Below are positions 1-9,010 of a DNA stretch of 13,242 nt, piece after piece. The DNA lies in assembly GCA_037381445.1 (NCBI GenBank), contig JARRQT010000088.1, positions 1 through 13,242 on the forward strand, given 5' to 3'. The notes beneath the pieces were generated by a model. That model made no database searches. It was not told where the DNA came from and saw only the letters and a program-made list of their open reading frames with translations. The stretch comes from Calditrichia bacterium (GTDB lineage: Bacteria > Calditrichota > Calditrichia > RBG-13-44-9). The translations under genes were made by a program, and so were the position numbers. Each line of letters opens with the position of its first letter. Within the stretch, counting starts at the first letter, position 1.

Positions 1-1
1 A

Positions 2-1096
2 ATGCGCTAAGCGCACCGACTTTTTATGTAGTATGACGTACCGCACGTCGTCCTGCGCCAGGGTTTCCAACTGGCGGCTCACGTCGGCAGACGCGGGCGG
101 CATCTTGCCCAATTCCGGCAGCGATCTCAGCCACGGATGGTTGTCCACGTAATCGGAGGCTCCCGGCGGGAGACGCGATACGTTGCCCTGCAGGATGGGG
201 TGGTGGTGGACCGTCTGCTGGAACATGTACGCCTTGGCGGCGGCCAGGTCGATGGGCAGGTTGAGCACGGCGTACGCCTCGGGCTCGCTGGACATCTCGT
301 GGAGAAAATCGGATGCCTTGGGCCGCATCGTGGGCACGGGCACGGCGATGTATTCAAAAAGGACGATGCCTCCCAGCGTCACCGACGCGGCCAGGACCAG
401 CCATTGGCCTCGGCGCTCCATAGTCGTCAGCAGGCCGGCGGCGCCGTAGGCCGCTAGCACCGCTACCGGCGACGCCAGGAACATGTTAAAGCGGCCGGGG
501 ATGCGCAGCAGACGCCCCACGTACAGCCGATCTGCCAGGCGATAGGGCATGGGCACGCTGGGGTAGATCTGTCCGTTGACGCGCAGCACCGGCCCCAGGG
601 CGAGCAGAATCATCGCCAGGGCCATCACCAGCCAGGGCATGCCAGACCGGCGGGCTTTGAGAGTGCCCGTTATGGCCAGGATCAGGGGGCACATGCCTAT
701 GTAAGCGGCAAAGCGGCGCGGCTCGGAGCGCTCGGCATAGTAGCGGTCGTAGGCGGGGCGCGTGAGCGGGCTGAGGACTGTGTGAGAGCGACTGGGTGTC
801 AGGTAGGCCAGCAGGTCGGTCTGCATCTCCGCCTCCTCGCCCTCCCGCAGTAGGTCTGCCGATCCCACGTCCTGCTGGGTCGCCAGCATCAGCGCCGGCG
901 GCGCGAGGATCACGATAGCAACGCTGCTGGCGATCAACAGGGCCGCTCCCCAACGCCGCCACGTGTCGCGCCGGCCGGGAAGCGTGCACACCGCATAGAT
1001 GCTGCCCAGGGTAAAGGCCGGCACCAGCAACTGCCAGCGGGTGTAGCCGACCAGTGCAAAGAACGCGCCCGTCAGCAGCCCGTTCCACCACTTGCC
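2..1096 (-). CDS. C-terminal part (365 codons, runs off the window edge) of a GT-C/YfhO-like multi-pass membrane protein in the GC-rich block; absent from the ORF track
   Basis: Hand translation from 1096 to 2 has no stop: GKWWNGLLTGAFFALVGYTRWQLLVPAFTLGSIYAVC...QTDLLAYLTPSRSH...AYIG...LALGPVLRVNGQIYPSVPMPY...LRIPGRFNMF...VLFEY...YAVLNLP...YMFQQTVHHHPILQGNVSR...VRYVILHK. Many hydrophobic helices followed by a soluble domain. Family assignment is from motif recollection, not a search. Confidence 0.75.
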
Positions 1097-1421
1097 AGCA
1101 TTGATACAGCAGGCCGGCGACGAGGGCGGCGCGCCAGTCGCCCGTCAGTTCATTGGCCAGCAGAAAGGCCGCGTACCCACACAGGACCAGGCTGGCGAGG
1201 ACGGATAGGTTGTAGGCGACGAACCCGCCGACCACGGGCTCCAGCAGCAGCCAGGCGACGATGTTGCCCCAGGCAAAGTTCTGCGAGATCAGGCTCAGGC
1301 CCCGGGGATAATACAGGTAGCGGGTGTAGAAGGGCGATTGCCCCGTTGCCAGTGCCCGCTTGGCCCACCAGCAGTTCCAATAGTGGAGCAGGGTATCTTT
1401 GGTGTCGCCGGGGAGGCGGAC
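1095..1421 (-). pseudogene. N-terminal fragment (start missing) of the same GT-C-like membrane protein, fused in frame to truncated ribF and frameshifted relative to the 2-1096 segment
   Basis: VRLPGDTKDTLLHYWNCWWAKRALATGQSPFYTRYLYYPRGLSLISQNFAWGN...AYNLSVLASLVLCGYAAFLLANELTGDWRAALVAGLLYQCW resembles the first loop and helices of GT-C-type proteins (D..L..W..WW...L..G..PF.T..L.YP.G). After YQCW this frame becomes non-protein-like until the stop at 486. Confidence 0.65.
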
Positions 1422-2210
1422 GTCATATATATGAGCTTCTAAAGTCAAGGGATCAAAATTAAAGGTTGGGCGATGCCCGATATTCATCATCCCGGAATAG
1501 CGTTGGTTACGTAAAATCACATCGATCGCATAGACGCCCGTCTTGGGGATTAATTTGTTCTGATCATTAATTTCGAGGTTGGCGGTGGGAAAACCAAGTT
1601 CTTTGCCCCGGCGGTTGCCGTGTTCTACAATACCGCGGACCGAGTAAGGCCGGCCCAGCAGCCGGGAGGTGGTGTCCATATCTCCCGCCAGCACCGCATT
1701 CCGGATTCGCGTGCTGCTCACGATTTCTCCCGCCACATAATACGGTTCCAGCACTTTTACGGAAAAGCCGTATTGTTTTGCGATGGCTTTAAGCTGCGCG
1801 GGATGTCCCTCCCGATTTCGCCCGAAGGCATGATCGTGACCCACCACCATGCTCTTCACCTTCAGACGGTCCACCAGAATTTCTTTTACAAAATTCTGAT
1901 AGCTTGTTTGGGAAAACTCTTTGGTGAAAGGAATGACCAATACAGCATCGAGACCTGATTTTTTAAGGATGTCCAGCTTCTCTTCCAGCGTGGTCAGCAG
2001 AAGGACCTGTTTGCCGTTTTTTTGACTGACAACCAGTCTGGGGTGAGGGTGGAAAGTGACCAGCACCCTGAAACAGCCGAATTCGGATGCGCATTTATCC
2101 AATTCCTTCAGTATCTGTTGGTGACCCAAATGAACGCCGTCAAAGGTGCCAACGGTGACCGCGGTGGGCTGGCTGATATCGACTTCCTCAATGCTGCGAA
2201 ATATTTTCAT
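1422..2210 (-). CDS. ribF: Bifunctional riboflavin kinase / FAD synthetase, C-terminally truncated (263 aa of RibF sequence; the open frame continues into foreign sequence to 486)
   Basis: GTFDGVHLGHQ, TFHPHP, VGHDHAFG, VSSTRIR, LGFPTAN, GVY, NIGHRPTF, LEAHIYD. The usual final ~45 aa (LYG...R.E.KF....L..QI..D) are absent. ATG at 2210 overlaps the truB end. Confidence 0.93.
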
Positions 2211-2910
2211 TGGCAATCATCTGCTTCCATTGTTGTTCAAATTGTAGTAGATCCAGTGAATTCTCCAGCGTATACTCCCCAATCTTGGTCCGGACCAGGG
2301 ATTTAATGTGCCCGACCGTGCCCAATTTTCGGGCAATATCAGAACCCAGCGTGCGGACATAAGTTCCGCGGCTGCACAGAACGCTGAAACTGATTATCTT
2401 ATCTCTATATTCGAAGAATTTGATATCATATATTTCAACATCTTTGTACCGTTCCGGCACCTCTTTCCCTTCGCGCGCCAGTTTGTACAATCTTCTGCCC
2501 CCCACCTTGGCGGCGGAATAATCGGGGATCCGCTGGGTGATTTTTCCTTTGAAATCTTCCAGTACTTCCTGAATCTCGGCAGGGGAGAGTGATGGAACCG
2601 GTCGGGTATCCACCACTTTTCCGGTGATATCCAGCGTGTCTGTTTCTGCGCCCAGTTCAAGCTGGGCTTCGTATTCTTTGGGTAAGTCCATCAATTTATG
2701 GATCTGCTTGGTGGCTTTGCCGATGCAGAGAAGCAGGACGCCGGTGGCAAAAGGATCCAGCGTTCCGGCATGCCCAATTTTTTTGATGCGGGTAATCCCT
2801 CTCAATTTTTTTACCACATCAAAAGATGTCCAGTCCTTGGGCTTGTTTATGCTGAAGATGAATCCTTCTTTTGCTGAATCTGTCATCTGCGGTATATTAT
2901 TTGTTTCCAT
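2188..2910 (-). CDS. truB: tRNA pseudouridine(55) synthase TruB (short form, 240 aa)
   Basis: NKPKDWTSFDVV, KIGHAGTLDPFATGVL (catalytic Asp), KEYEA, YSAAKVGGRRLYKLAREG, CSRGTYVRTL; canonical position between rbfA and ribF. Confidence 0.97.
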   Translation of the reverse strand: METNNIPQMTDSAKEGFIFSINKPKDWTSFDVVKKLRGITRIKKIGHAGTLDPFATGVLLLCIGKATKQIHKLMDLPKEYEAQLELGAETDTLDITGKVVDTRPVPSLSPAEIQEVLEDFKGKITQRIPDYSAAKVGGRRLYKLAREGKEVPERYKDVEIYDIKFFEYRDKIISFSVLCSRGTYVRTLGSDIARKLGTVGHIKSLVRTKIGEYTLENSLDLLQFEQQWKQMIANENISQH

Positions 2911-2945
2911 TATTCATTCTTAGAAAAAATCGCTGGGCTCGAGCA

Positions 2946-3323
2946 CTATTCCTTGCCGTCATCAGGATCCGGTTCATCGTGCTTGATCTTTTTCAAAATA
3001 TCTTCTATATGCCGGGAATAGTCCAGCGATTCATCATAAAAGAAGCGCAACTCGGGTATAAACCGCATTTTCAGGGAGGGCGCCAGTTCGTTGCGGATAA
3101 AATTTGTTGCGCTGTCCAGCGCTTCCTGGGACTGCTCCCTCTTTTCCTGATCACCCAAAACGGTATAATAGATAAATGCAATTCGAAGATCGCCCGAAAC
3201 CCTGACATGGGTGAGGGTGACCAAACCTTTGCGGGGATCCTTCAATTTCCTGTCGATAATCTGGCTGACCTGTTTTTTTATCTGGTCTGCCAGTTTTCGT
3301 TGTCTTACCGATTCAGATTTCAT
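2946..3323 (-). CDS. rbfA: 30S ribosome-binding factor A
   Basis: R..KLADQIKKQVSQII...LKDPR, VTLTHVRVSGDLRIA, RFIPELRFFYDESL. ATG at 3323 preferred over the TTG at 3329. Confidence 0.96.
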   Translation of the reverse strand: MKSESVRQRKLADQIKKQVSQIIDRKLKDPRKGLVTLTHVRVSGDLRIAFIYYTVLGDQEKREQSQEALDSATNFIRNELAPSLKMRFIPELRFFYDESLDYSRHIEDILKKIKHDEPDPDDGKE

Positions 3324-3336
3324 GAGCAACTTCTTT

Positions 3337-3624
3337 TCATAAATATTCGAAAGAATGATCTATTATTTCCACATTGTTGTTGGATTCGATCAGATTGAAA
3401 ATCTTATTCAGATTTTTTTCAATAAAACCATAATCATTTCCAACCTGGGCGATACCGAGCAAAGCCCGCTGCCATTTGTCCTGATAATCCACCTCAGACA
3501 CTGAAACATTGAATTTATTGTGGATTTTGTCTTTCAACCCTTTTACTACCATTCTTTTTTCTTTCAATGAATTGGCCGAGGGAATAAATATTTCTGCCGT
3601 CAGTAGACCAATAATTACCGCCAT
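3337..3624 (-). CDS. DUF503 (YlxP-like) protein
   Basis: 95 aa; IP.ANSLKEKRMVVK.LKDKI.NKFNVSVSEVDYQDKWQRA; canonical position between infB and rbfA. Confidence 0.92.
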   Translation of the reverse strand: MAVIIGLLTAEIFIPSANSLKEKRMVVKGLKDKIHNKFNVSVSEVDYQDKWQRALLGIAQVGNDYGFIEKNLNKIFNLIESNNNVEIIDHSFEYL

Positions 3625-3675
3625 ATCCTGCCTGCTTTACTATTCTCAAAAGGGAAAAAAGGCGTAAACCTCCAA

Positions 3676-3726
3676 TTAAAAAGAATTCGTCCGGAAGCCA
3701 TTTTCAAAATGGTGATTCCAGACGAA
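3676..3726 (-). terminator. Long hairpin plus U-rich tract after infB (intrinsic terminator or processing stem)
   Basis: Minus-strand RNA UUCGUCUGGAA-UC-ACCAUUUUGAAAAUGGC-UUCCGGACGAA (3726-3686; outer stem has a U-G pair only in this orientation), followed by UUCUUUUUAA. Confidence 0.6.
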
Positions 3727-3753
3727 AATCTATGACGAAATGCCGATCAGATT

Positions 3754-6684
3754 TTAGGATTCGAGGTAGCGTTTTTCCTGCACTACTTCAAAAGCTTCAA
3801 TCTGGTCACCGACTTTAATGTCGTTGTAATTTTCTATCATTAAACCGCATTCGTAACCGGAAACCACCTCGCGGACGTCATCTTTGAAACGTTTGAGTGA
3901 TGACAACCGCCCTTCGTAAATCTCCACGTCATTGCGGATAAGGCGGATTCGTGCATTGCGGTTGATTTTTCCGTTCAGAACATAGCATCCGGCAACCGTT
4001 CCCATTCGGGAGATTTTGAACACTTCCCGGACTTCGGTCAATCCAAGGATTTGTTCCCGTTCTTCCGGTTCCAGTAAACCTTCCAGCGCCTTCTTGACAT
4101 CATCGATCGCGTCATAAATCACCTTGTAGAGGCGAATGTCGACCTTCTCCTGTTCGGCCAGATCTTTTGCCTTCAGGGTGGGACGCACGTGAAAACCGAT
4201 GATAATGGCCTGGGAAGCCGCAGCCAGCATCACATCCGATTCCGTAATCGGGCCCACCGCGCGGCGGACCACCTTCACGGCCACATCCGAGTTGGATATT
4301 TTGAGCAGGGAGTCGGTGAGCGCCTGAGCCGAACCATCCACATCTGCTTTAACCAGTATGTTTAGCTCTTTAACCTGGCCTTCGGCAATCTGACGGGAGA
4401 TTTCATCCAGCGTCAAGAATTTGATCTGCCGGAAATCTTGCTCCCGCTTAAGCTGCTGACGGCGCTGTGCAATTTCGCGGGCTGTTTTCTCATCCTGCAT
4501 TACAATAATTTTGTCTCCGGCTTCCGGCACGCCATCGGTTCCCAGAACCTGTACCGGAAAGGCAGGGCCGGCTTCATCCACCCGCTGGTTCCTCTCGTTG
4601 AGCAGTGCCCGTACGCGGCCGTAGTACTGTCCGGCAATATAATCGTCCCCCACCCGGAGTATCCCCTGCTGCACCAGCACTGTGGCGACCGATCCTTTGC
4701 CCTTATCGAGCAGGGATTCAATCACAACGCCGCTGGCCCGTTTCTTGGGATTCGCCTTCAGTTCCATTAATTCGGCTTCCAGAAGGATTTTTTCCAGAAG
4801 ATCGGGAATTCCCTGACCGGTTTTGGCGGATACCTCAACCACCTGGTATTTTCCGCCCCAATCCTCCACCAGAATATTCCGGTCCGCCAGCTGCTTACGG
4901 ATTGCCTGGGGATCGGCATGGGGTTTATCAACTTTGTTGATGGCAATAACAATGGGAACGCCTGCCGCCCGCGCATGGTCAATCGCCTCCTCCGTCTGGG
5001 GCATCACTCGGTCGTCCGCCGCGACAACCAGCACCACGATATCGGTGACCTGCGCACCCCGGGAACGCATGGCTGTAAAGGCCTCGTGGCCGGGCGTATC
5101 CAGAAACGTGATTTTACGCTTGTCATCCAGCTCAACCACATAGGCGCCGATATGCTGGGTGATTCCACCGGATTCGCCGGCAACCACATTCGCTTTTCTG
5201 ATATAATCCAGAACTGAGGTTTTTCCGTGGTCCACATGCCCCATCACGGTAACCACCGGATGCCGCGGAACATAATCCTCCGGTTTGTCTTCCTCTTCCA
5301 GCACGTCTTCCAGATAGTCAGAAGCAAACTCCTCTTCCTCCTGCACCTTGAAACCGAAGTCTTCGGCCAGAAGTCTGATCATGTCCATATCCAAACGTTG
5401 ATTGATGGTCACCATCTGCCCCAATTCAAGGCATTTTTTGATGACATCGGCTACCGGAACATCCATCAGATTGGCCAGATCCTGCACGGTTATAAATTCG
5501 CTGGCCGAAATGACATTTTCCGCCTCTTCGGTTTCCTCGGCGGTCTCTTTCACTTTCTTGCGGCGTTTTTTGGCTGCTCCCGTATCCTGCATGCTCGCCA
5601 GGGTTTTCTTCAAGGTATCCTGCACTTCCTGTTGATCAACTTCCTTCTTTCTACGGGACCGTTTCCGTTTATCATCTTTCGGAACGACCACACCTTCTTC
5701 GTCTTCCATATCGGGCACGGCGGTACGGGGTTTCCGACCTTCTTTCCGTATCATCTCAAAAGCTTTGCGCCGCCGCCGTTCTTTCTCAGTTAGATCTTCT
5801 TCGCGGGTCTTTTTCTTCTTATCTTTTTTCTTCTTCGATCTTACTTCAGCATCTTCCGGCATGACTTCAGCGGTTTCTTCGCTCTCCATTTCCTCTTTCT
5901 CCTGCGCTAAAATCCGGCGGGGGATGATTTCTTCTCCGGATTTCGCCGACCTCCTTGTACGCGATTCATCAGTCCCTTCTTCATCCAGGGCCTCTTCTCG
6001 GATCTTTTTCAGGCCTTTTTTCTTCTTCTCTTTTTTCTTTATCTCTTTTTCACGCTGCCGCTCCAGATACTGTTTGGCAACCGGATGGTCGATGATGTCG
6101 CCCACCTTGGGCTTTTCTTCCTCTTCTTCCTCCTCGGCTTCAGCTACTGCATCCGCTTCCAATTCTTCCGTTTCCACTCCAACGGCCTCGGTATTTATTT
6201 CATCTTCCTTTTCGATCTCTTCTTCGGATACAGCTCTTTCAGATTCTTTTTCGCCGGCTTTTTTAAGATGCTCTTCATCTTCATCACTCACATCTGCCTG
6301 CGGTGCTCCGCTTTCGACAGCAGGCAACTCTTCCTGTGCAGTTTCCTCAACTGCTGCCGGCTTTATCTGTTCGGTCTCTTCTTGTGGTGCAGTAACTTCC
6401 TCCGAAACCGCCGTTTCCGGCGCCTCAGCCGTGGTTTCCACCGTTTGATCAGCAACAGTCTCTTCCTTCACACGCTCCTGTTTGCGCTTTGCCAGCTTTT
6501 CAGCCTTCTGTTTCTCCTGGGCAAATCGCTTTAATATTTCATCATACATCTCATCGGTGATCGGCGTATTCAGGCCGGAGACTTCAAATCCTTTTTTATC
6601 AAGAAATTCCGCAATCGTTTGATGGGATAGATTAAGTTCTTTAGCGACTTTAAAGAGTTTTCTCCTGGTTTTCTTTACAGCCAT
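3754..6684 (-). CDS. infB: Translation initiation factor IF-2
   Basis: 976 aa; [74 protein letters not shown]; long charged N-terminal region; GGGAGA RBS in the end of the upstream gene. Confidence 0.99.
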   Translation of the reverse strand: MAVKKTRRKLFKVAKELNLSHQTIAEFLDKKGFEVSGLNTPITDEMYDEILKRFAQEKQKAEKLAKRKQERVKEETVADQTVETTAEAPETAVSEEVTAPQEETEQIKPAAVEETAQEELPAVESGAPQADVSDEDEEHLKKAGEKESERAVSEEEIEKEDEINTEAVGVETEELEADAVAEAEEEEEEEKPKVGDIIDHPVAKQYLERQREKEIKKKEKKKKGLKKIREEALDEEGTDESRTRRSAKSGEEIIPRRILAQEKEEMESEETAEVMPEDAEVRSKKKKDKKKKTREEDLTEKERRRRKAFEMIRKEGRKPRTAVPDMEDEEGVVVPKDDKRKRSRRKKEVDQQEVQDTLKKTLASMQDTGAAKKRRKKVKETAEETEEAENVISASEFITVQDLANLMDVPVADVIKKCLELGQMVTINQRLDMDMIRLLAEDFGFKVQEEEEFASDYLEDVLEEEDKPEDYVPRHPVVTVMGHVDHGKTSVLDYIRKANVVAGESGGITQHIGAYVVELDDKRKITFLDTPGHEAFTAMRSRGAQVTDIVVLVVAADDRVMPQTEEAIDHARAAGVPIVIAINKVDKPHADPQAIRKQLADRNILVEDWGGKYQVVEVSAKTGQGIPDLLEKILLEAELMELKANPKKRASGVVIESLLDKGKGSVATVLVQQGILRVGDDYIAGQYYGRVRALLNERNQRVDEAGPAFPVQVLGTDGVPEAGDKIIVMQDEKTAREIAQRRQQLKREQDFRQIKFLTLDEISRQIAEGQVKELNILVKADVDGSAQALTDSLLKISNSDVAVKVVRRAVGPITESDVMLAAASQAIIIGFHVRPTLKAKDLAEQEKVDIRLYKVIYDAIDDVKKALEGLLEPEEREQILGLTEVREVFKISRMGTVAGCYVLNGKINRNARIRLIRNDVEIYEGRLSSLKRFKDDVREVVSGYECGLMIENYNDIKVGDQIEAFEVVQEKRYLES

Positions 6685-6993
6685 TTATTCTCCCACTTTA
6701 AATTTCTTCAATAATTTTCTTCCGAGTTCGCCGTTCCTGAATCCCAAAATTCTGCGGCCTTCAATACCCCATCGAGCTTCCCAATCCGTCCCGGAAGAAG
6801 TTTTAAATAAATGAATCCTTTTTTCTGCTACTTCATATCTGATTTTTTTCAGCGTATTTGGTGATATATCATGACTCACCAAAATGAACAATATCTGCTT
6901 TTTGGCCATCGCCCGCAATACAGGGTCAAATCCCGTCACCGTCTGTCCGGCTTTCAGGGCGAACCCAACCAGCGCGTTTGCTTTTTCGTCCAA
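6685..6993 (-). CDS. L7Ae/L30e-family RNA-binding protein (YlxQ-like); start uncertain (TTG 6993 gives 102 aa; ATG 7062 or 7113 also possible)
   Basis: EKANALVGFALKAGQTVTGFDPVLRAMAKKQILFILVSHDISPNTLKKI matches the L7Ae pattern LG.A.KAG....G...V..A......L..A.D.S.NT.KK; located between nusA and infB; stop codon abuts the infB ATG. Confidence 0.8.
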   Translation of the reverse strand: MDEKANALVGFALKAGQTVTGFDPVLRAMAKKQILFILVSHDISPNTLKKIRYEVAEKRIHLFKTSSGTDWEARWGIEGRRILGFRNGELGRKLLKKFKVGE

Positions 6994-7162
6994 ATCGACA
7001 ACCTTTGCTCCCCGCCGGTTTGCAGGCTTCTCTTTTATCTCCTCTTTTGCATCAGCTTTCATTTCTATTACAAAACTTTCCCGGATACTACCGGAATTAA
7101 TTACTATGCTCATATAATGCTAAAAGTGAAACAGATAAATGTTCCGCCGTTTCGCATTATAT

Positions 7163-8446
7163 TTAAATGTTTAACATCTGCAAAATCTTTTGCGCGGTCT
7201 TCTGTCCGATGCCCGGCACTTCCAGCAGACCCTGCAGGCCAAGATTCTTCAGTTGATCCACACTGTTGATATTTGCTTCCCGCAAACGGGTGACAATCGA
7301 CGGCGTCAGACCGGGAATTTCCTCTATATCCACTTCCTCTTCTTCCATTGACTTCTGGTAATATTCCGACTCTTTGATCAACTCAATATTCCAGTTGGTG
7401 ATTCTCTGGGCCAGTTCCTTGTTTGTTTCGCCGCGACCCAGCGCCAGTCCCATGTCTTTGTCCGGAATGATTGCCACGGCCAATTTGTCCTCGTGATTCA
7501 GCATAACCCGTATCGGCTTGGCTGGCGTCAGCGAACGCATTACAAAGATTTCCGGTTCGTTTGAAAAAGCGACCACGTCAATTTTTTCACCGTTCAGCTC
7601 GCGAACTACCGACTGGATGCGCACACCGCGCATACCGACGCAGGCGCCCACCGGATCAATTCGCTTATCCATCGATTCCACGGCAATCTTGGCGCGTTCC
7701 CCGGGTTTACGTGAAATCTTTTTGATTTCCACGATACCGTCGAATATTTCGGGCACTTCAATTTCAAACAGGCGGATCATAAATTTATCATCGGCGCGGG
7801 AAACGATAATCTCCGGGCCGATGCGGTGGCGTTTTTTCCGGGAGCGTTCATCATCCACCTCTTCCTCGTTTTTGTCGGGCTCCACCACTTTTTTTATCAG
7901 CGCCCGCACGCTGTCTCCGCGCCTTAACTCTTCTTTGGGAATGGATTCGGATTTGGGCATAAACATTTCGGTACGGTCCACTAAAAGAAAATATCCGCCG
8001 CGGGTCACCTGGTGTACATCGCCGATAATTATCTCGCCCACACGATTGCTGTATTCATCATAAATTTTTCGCTTTTCATATTCGCGGATCCGCTGCAGCA
8101 GGGTCTGTTTGGCAATGTTTATAAGCCTTCTCCCGAATCTTTCCGGATTCAGAACCTCAACGTAGTCTTCCCCAACCTCAATTTCCGGATCCAGCTTACG
8201 CGCATCTTTAAGCGGGATTTGAAGAATGGGATCCTCCAGTTCGTCGTCTTCCACCACTTCCTTCTCCACATAGATTTCCACATCCCCTCGGTCCATGTTC
8301 ACAATCACATCGAAATTCTCAGCTTCCCCGTATTTCTTTTTAATGAGCGTGACGAAGATGTCCTCCAGGATATCACGCAATTCATCTTTATCAATTCTTT
8401 TTTCTTTTGCGATCTGATTGACGGCATCAACAATTTCGCTACGCAT
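7163..8446 (-). CDS. nusA: Transcription termination/antitermination factor NusA
   Basis: 427 aa; FGR..I..AKQ, S1 domain, LFEIEVPEIFDG, R.PGERAKIAV, DPVGACVGMRGVRIQSVVRELNGEKIDVV, C-terminal HhH-like LLEVPGIGQKTA; GGAGG RBS upstream. Confidence 0.98.
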   Translation of the reverse strand: MRSEIVDAVNQIAKEKRIDKDELRDILEDIFVTLIKKKYGEAENFDVIVNMDRGDVEIYVEKEVVEDDELEDPILQIPLKDARKLDPEIEVGEDYVEVLNPERFGRRLINIAKQTLLQRIREYEKRKIYDEYSNRVGEIIIGDVHQVTRGGYFLLVDRTEMFMPKSESIPKEELRRGDSVRALIKKVVEPDKNEEEVDDERSRKKRHRIGPEIIVSRADDKFMIRLFEIEVPEIFDGIVEIKKISRKPGERAKIAVESMDKRIDPVGACVGMRGVRIQSVVRELNGEKIDVVAFSNEPEIFVMRSLTPAKPIRVMLNHEDKLAVAIIPDKDMGLALGRGETNKELAQRITNWNIELIKESEYYQKSMEEEEVDIEEIPGLTPSIVTRLREANINSVDQLKNLGLQGLLEVPGIGQKTAQKILQMLNI

Positions 8447-8473
8447 AAATTAATTTACCCTCCAGTAAATTTT

Positions 8474-8926
8474 CTACCATTTTAATTTGACCACTGCTTT
8501 GACAATCTGAGACAATGGTATGGTGATTTCTTCTTTTTTAAGCTGTAAAACAATGTCGTTTTCATTTGCTGATTTAAGTGTGCCGATATAATCTTTCCGG
8601 CCTTCCTCCGTTTCGAATAAAATCCGCAAATTCCGTCCGATATTCTTCCTGAATTGCCATGGTTCAATCAGCGGACGGTTGGTGCCGGGAGAAGAAACTT
8701 CCAAACGGTAATGGCCGGGAATGGGATCGTTAATATCGAGCACATCCTCTATATTTCGGGTCAGTTCGGTAATTTCTTCCATGGTTATTCCCGCTTCGGT
8801 GTCAGCATAAACGGAAAGAACCTGATTATTTCGGCCTCCCCGCAGTTCAATATCCACGAGAAACATACTCGTGTTCTGGAACAGCGGCTGAATTAAATCT
8901 CTGATTTTTGCTATTTCCTCTTTCAT
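8474..8926 (-). CDS. rimP: Ribosome maturation factor RimP
   Basis: 150 aa; LVDIEL, VYAD...GIT, LD..DPI...YRLEVSSPG..RPL; first gene of the operon, upstream of nusA. Confidence 0.96.
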   Translation of the reverse strand: MKEEIAKIRDLIQPLFQNTSMFLVDIELRGGRNNQVLSVYADTEAGITMEEITELTRNIEDVLDINDPIPGHYRLEVSSPGTNRPLIEPWQFRKNIGRNLRILFETEEGRKDYIGTLKSANENDIVLQLKKEEITIPLSQIVKAVVKLKW

Positions 8927-9010
8927 TGCCCATTACTTAATTGAGGATGCATGTCTAAAGTTTCACCTTCATAAAAATATATTCAGTTTGCAGAACCGGT
9001 TAGATTCCAT

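Noticed and set aside
127..457. Short ORFs 127-357 (-), 137-457 (+), 183-449 (+)
   Set aside because: Alternative-frame or antisense shadows of the long minus-strand frame in GC-rich DNA.
1..1421. GC-rich block as a mobile element or prophage
   Set aside because: No transposase, integrase, terminal repeat or att-like site is visible; only a membrane-protein gene.
486..2216. 576-aa ORF as a genuine RibF-membrane protein fusion
   Set aside because: Composite of truncated RibF, a GT-C-like fragment and about 200 aa of out-of-frame Arg/Pro/Ala/Gly-rich text; a GC discontinuity lies at the join.
2022..3398. Plus-strand ORFs over ribF, truB and rbfA
   Set aside because: Antisense to conserved genes, with no recognisable motifs.
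5790..6260. TTC/TCT-rich repeats as tandem repeat or CRISPR array
   Set aside because: Imperfect codon-level repeats from Glu/Lys runs in IF-2; no repeat-spacer periodicity.
4438..6534. Multiple ORFs within infB, including the Ser-rich 227-aa ORF 5765-6448
   Set aside because: Antisense or alternate-frame shadows; Ser/Phe richness mirrors the Glu/Lys codons of IF-2.
7518..8896. Plus-strand ORFs over nusA and rimP
   Set aside because: Antisense shadows without independent evidence.
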